Origin: Candidatus Rokuibacteriota bacterium
GTDB lineage: Bacteria; Methylomirabilota; Methylomirabilia; Rokubacteriales; CSP1-6
NCBI GenBank assembly: GCA_030647435.1
Contig: JAUSJX010000081.1
Coordinates: forward strand, 2,913 to 66,912
DNA: 64,000 nt
Direction: 5' to 3'
Shown here piece by piece: positions 63,492 to 64,000 of the stretch; position 1 is the stretch's first letter, and the number at the start of each line of letters is the position of its first letter. A program made the translations under genes and the position numbers. The notes below the pieces were generated by a model, which did no database searches, had not been told where the DNA came from, and saw only the letters and a list, made by a program, of their open reading frames with translations.

Positions 63492-64000
63492 CTACTCGCT
63501 CACCGCGGCGGCGCCGCTGCGCTCGGGCAGGGCCTTGCCGCCCTGGCGGGCGATGTCCTCCAGCTCGCGCGGCAGCCCGAAGCGCACGTCCTCCTCGACC
63601 ACGTGCACCTCGCGCACCGCGACGCGGCCGGCGTGCTGGAGCGCCTCGACCACCTGGGTGACGAGGAACTCGGGCGTCGAGGCGCCTGCCGTCACGCCGA
63701 TGCGCTTGGAGCCGTCCAGCCACTCGGGCCTGATGTCGTTCTTGTCGTTGATCAGGTAGGACGGCGTGCCCATCACCGTCGAGACCTCGACCAGGCGGTT
63801 CGCGTTGGAGCTGTTGGCGGCGCCGATGACGAGCAGCACGTCCACCTGCCCCGCCACGGTCTTGGCCGAGGCCTGGCGGTTCTGGGTCGCGTAGCAGATG
63901 TCGTCCTTGGCGGGCCCGGCGATCTTCGGGAAGCGGCGGCGCAGCGCCTCGATGCAGGCGCGCGTGTCGTCGAGGGAGAGCGTCGTCTGGGTGAGATAGG
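63492..64000 (-). CDS. ispH: 4-hydroxy-3-methylbut-2-enyl diphosphate reductase IspH/LytB, C-terminal part (start beyond window)
   Basis: DVLLVIGAANSSNANRLVEV...GVTAGASTPE C-terminal IspH motifs. Confidence 0.8.
   Translation of the reverse strand, partial: YLTQTTLSLDDTRACIEALRRRFPKIAGPAKDDICYATQNRQASAKTVAGQVDVLLVIGAANSSNANRLVEVSTVMGTPSYLINDKNDIRPEWLDGSKRIGVTAGASTPEFLVTQVVEALQHAGRVAVREVHVVEEDVRFGLPRELEDIARQGGKALPERSGAAAVSE

Noticed and set aside
1-64000. CRISPR arrays, rRNA, integrases/transposases
   Set aside because: No regularly spaced direct repeats with unique spacers, no rRNA-like conserved stretches, and no recombinase/transposase-like ORFs were seen. The only mobile-type element is the RecA intein endonuclease.

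Overview
This 64-kb window is a high-GC (~70%) bacterial chromosomal segment, densely packed with genes and no rRNA, tRNA or CRISPR array that I could see. All product calls rest on motifs I recognise in the translated ORFs; no database search was possible.

Gene content in order: (1) a housekeeping block rimO'-pgpA-cinA-thpR-recA-pilT-recX-alaS, in which recA carries a 357-aa LAGLIDADG intein. (2) A translationally coupled operon (HAD phosphatase, IPCT-like cytidylyltransferase, ATP-grasp ligase, class-III aminotransferase, Gfo/Idh/MocA dehydrogenase, DIPPS-like CDP-alcohol phosphotransferase) that looks like a pathway for a di-inositol-phosphate-like or aminocyclitol-phosphate product. (3) rlmI, a SAM methyltransferase and a polyamine cluster (speB, pyruvoyl pdaD, speH, speE). 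(4) maf, a sulfonate-type binding protein, an endonuclease-III-like gene, murG, a prepilin-like gene, ddl, an MFS transporter, rarA, HAD, GntR, mgtE and two tetratricopeptide-repeat (TPR) secreted proteins. (5) An in-frame-TGA selenoprotein candidate (AhpC/TSA-like UxxC redoxin) with a SECIS-like hairpin just after the TGA; the six-frame track misses it. (6) A long same-strand cluster: succinate dehydrogenase sdhA/C/B, a Cys-less TlpA-like redoxin, soxYZ, a Tat-less complex iron-sulfur molybdoenzyme (Soe-like A subunit plus a fused FeS/NrfD subunit), a TauE sulfite exporter and flavocytochrome-c sulfide dehydrogenase fccAB. (7) thrC, an EF-G paralog, a lower-GC (~60%) block of large secreted/surface proteins, a fumarylacetoacetate hydrolase (FAH)-family hydrolase and ispH'.

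Two families of intergenic repeats (~110 bp and ~55 bp) recur through the window. Many of the long ORFs on the track are antisense shadow ORFs typical of high-GC DNA and were rejected.
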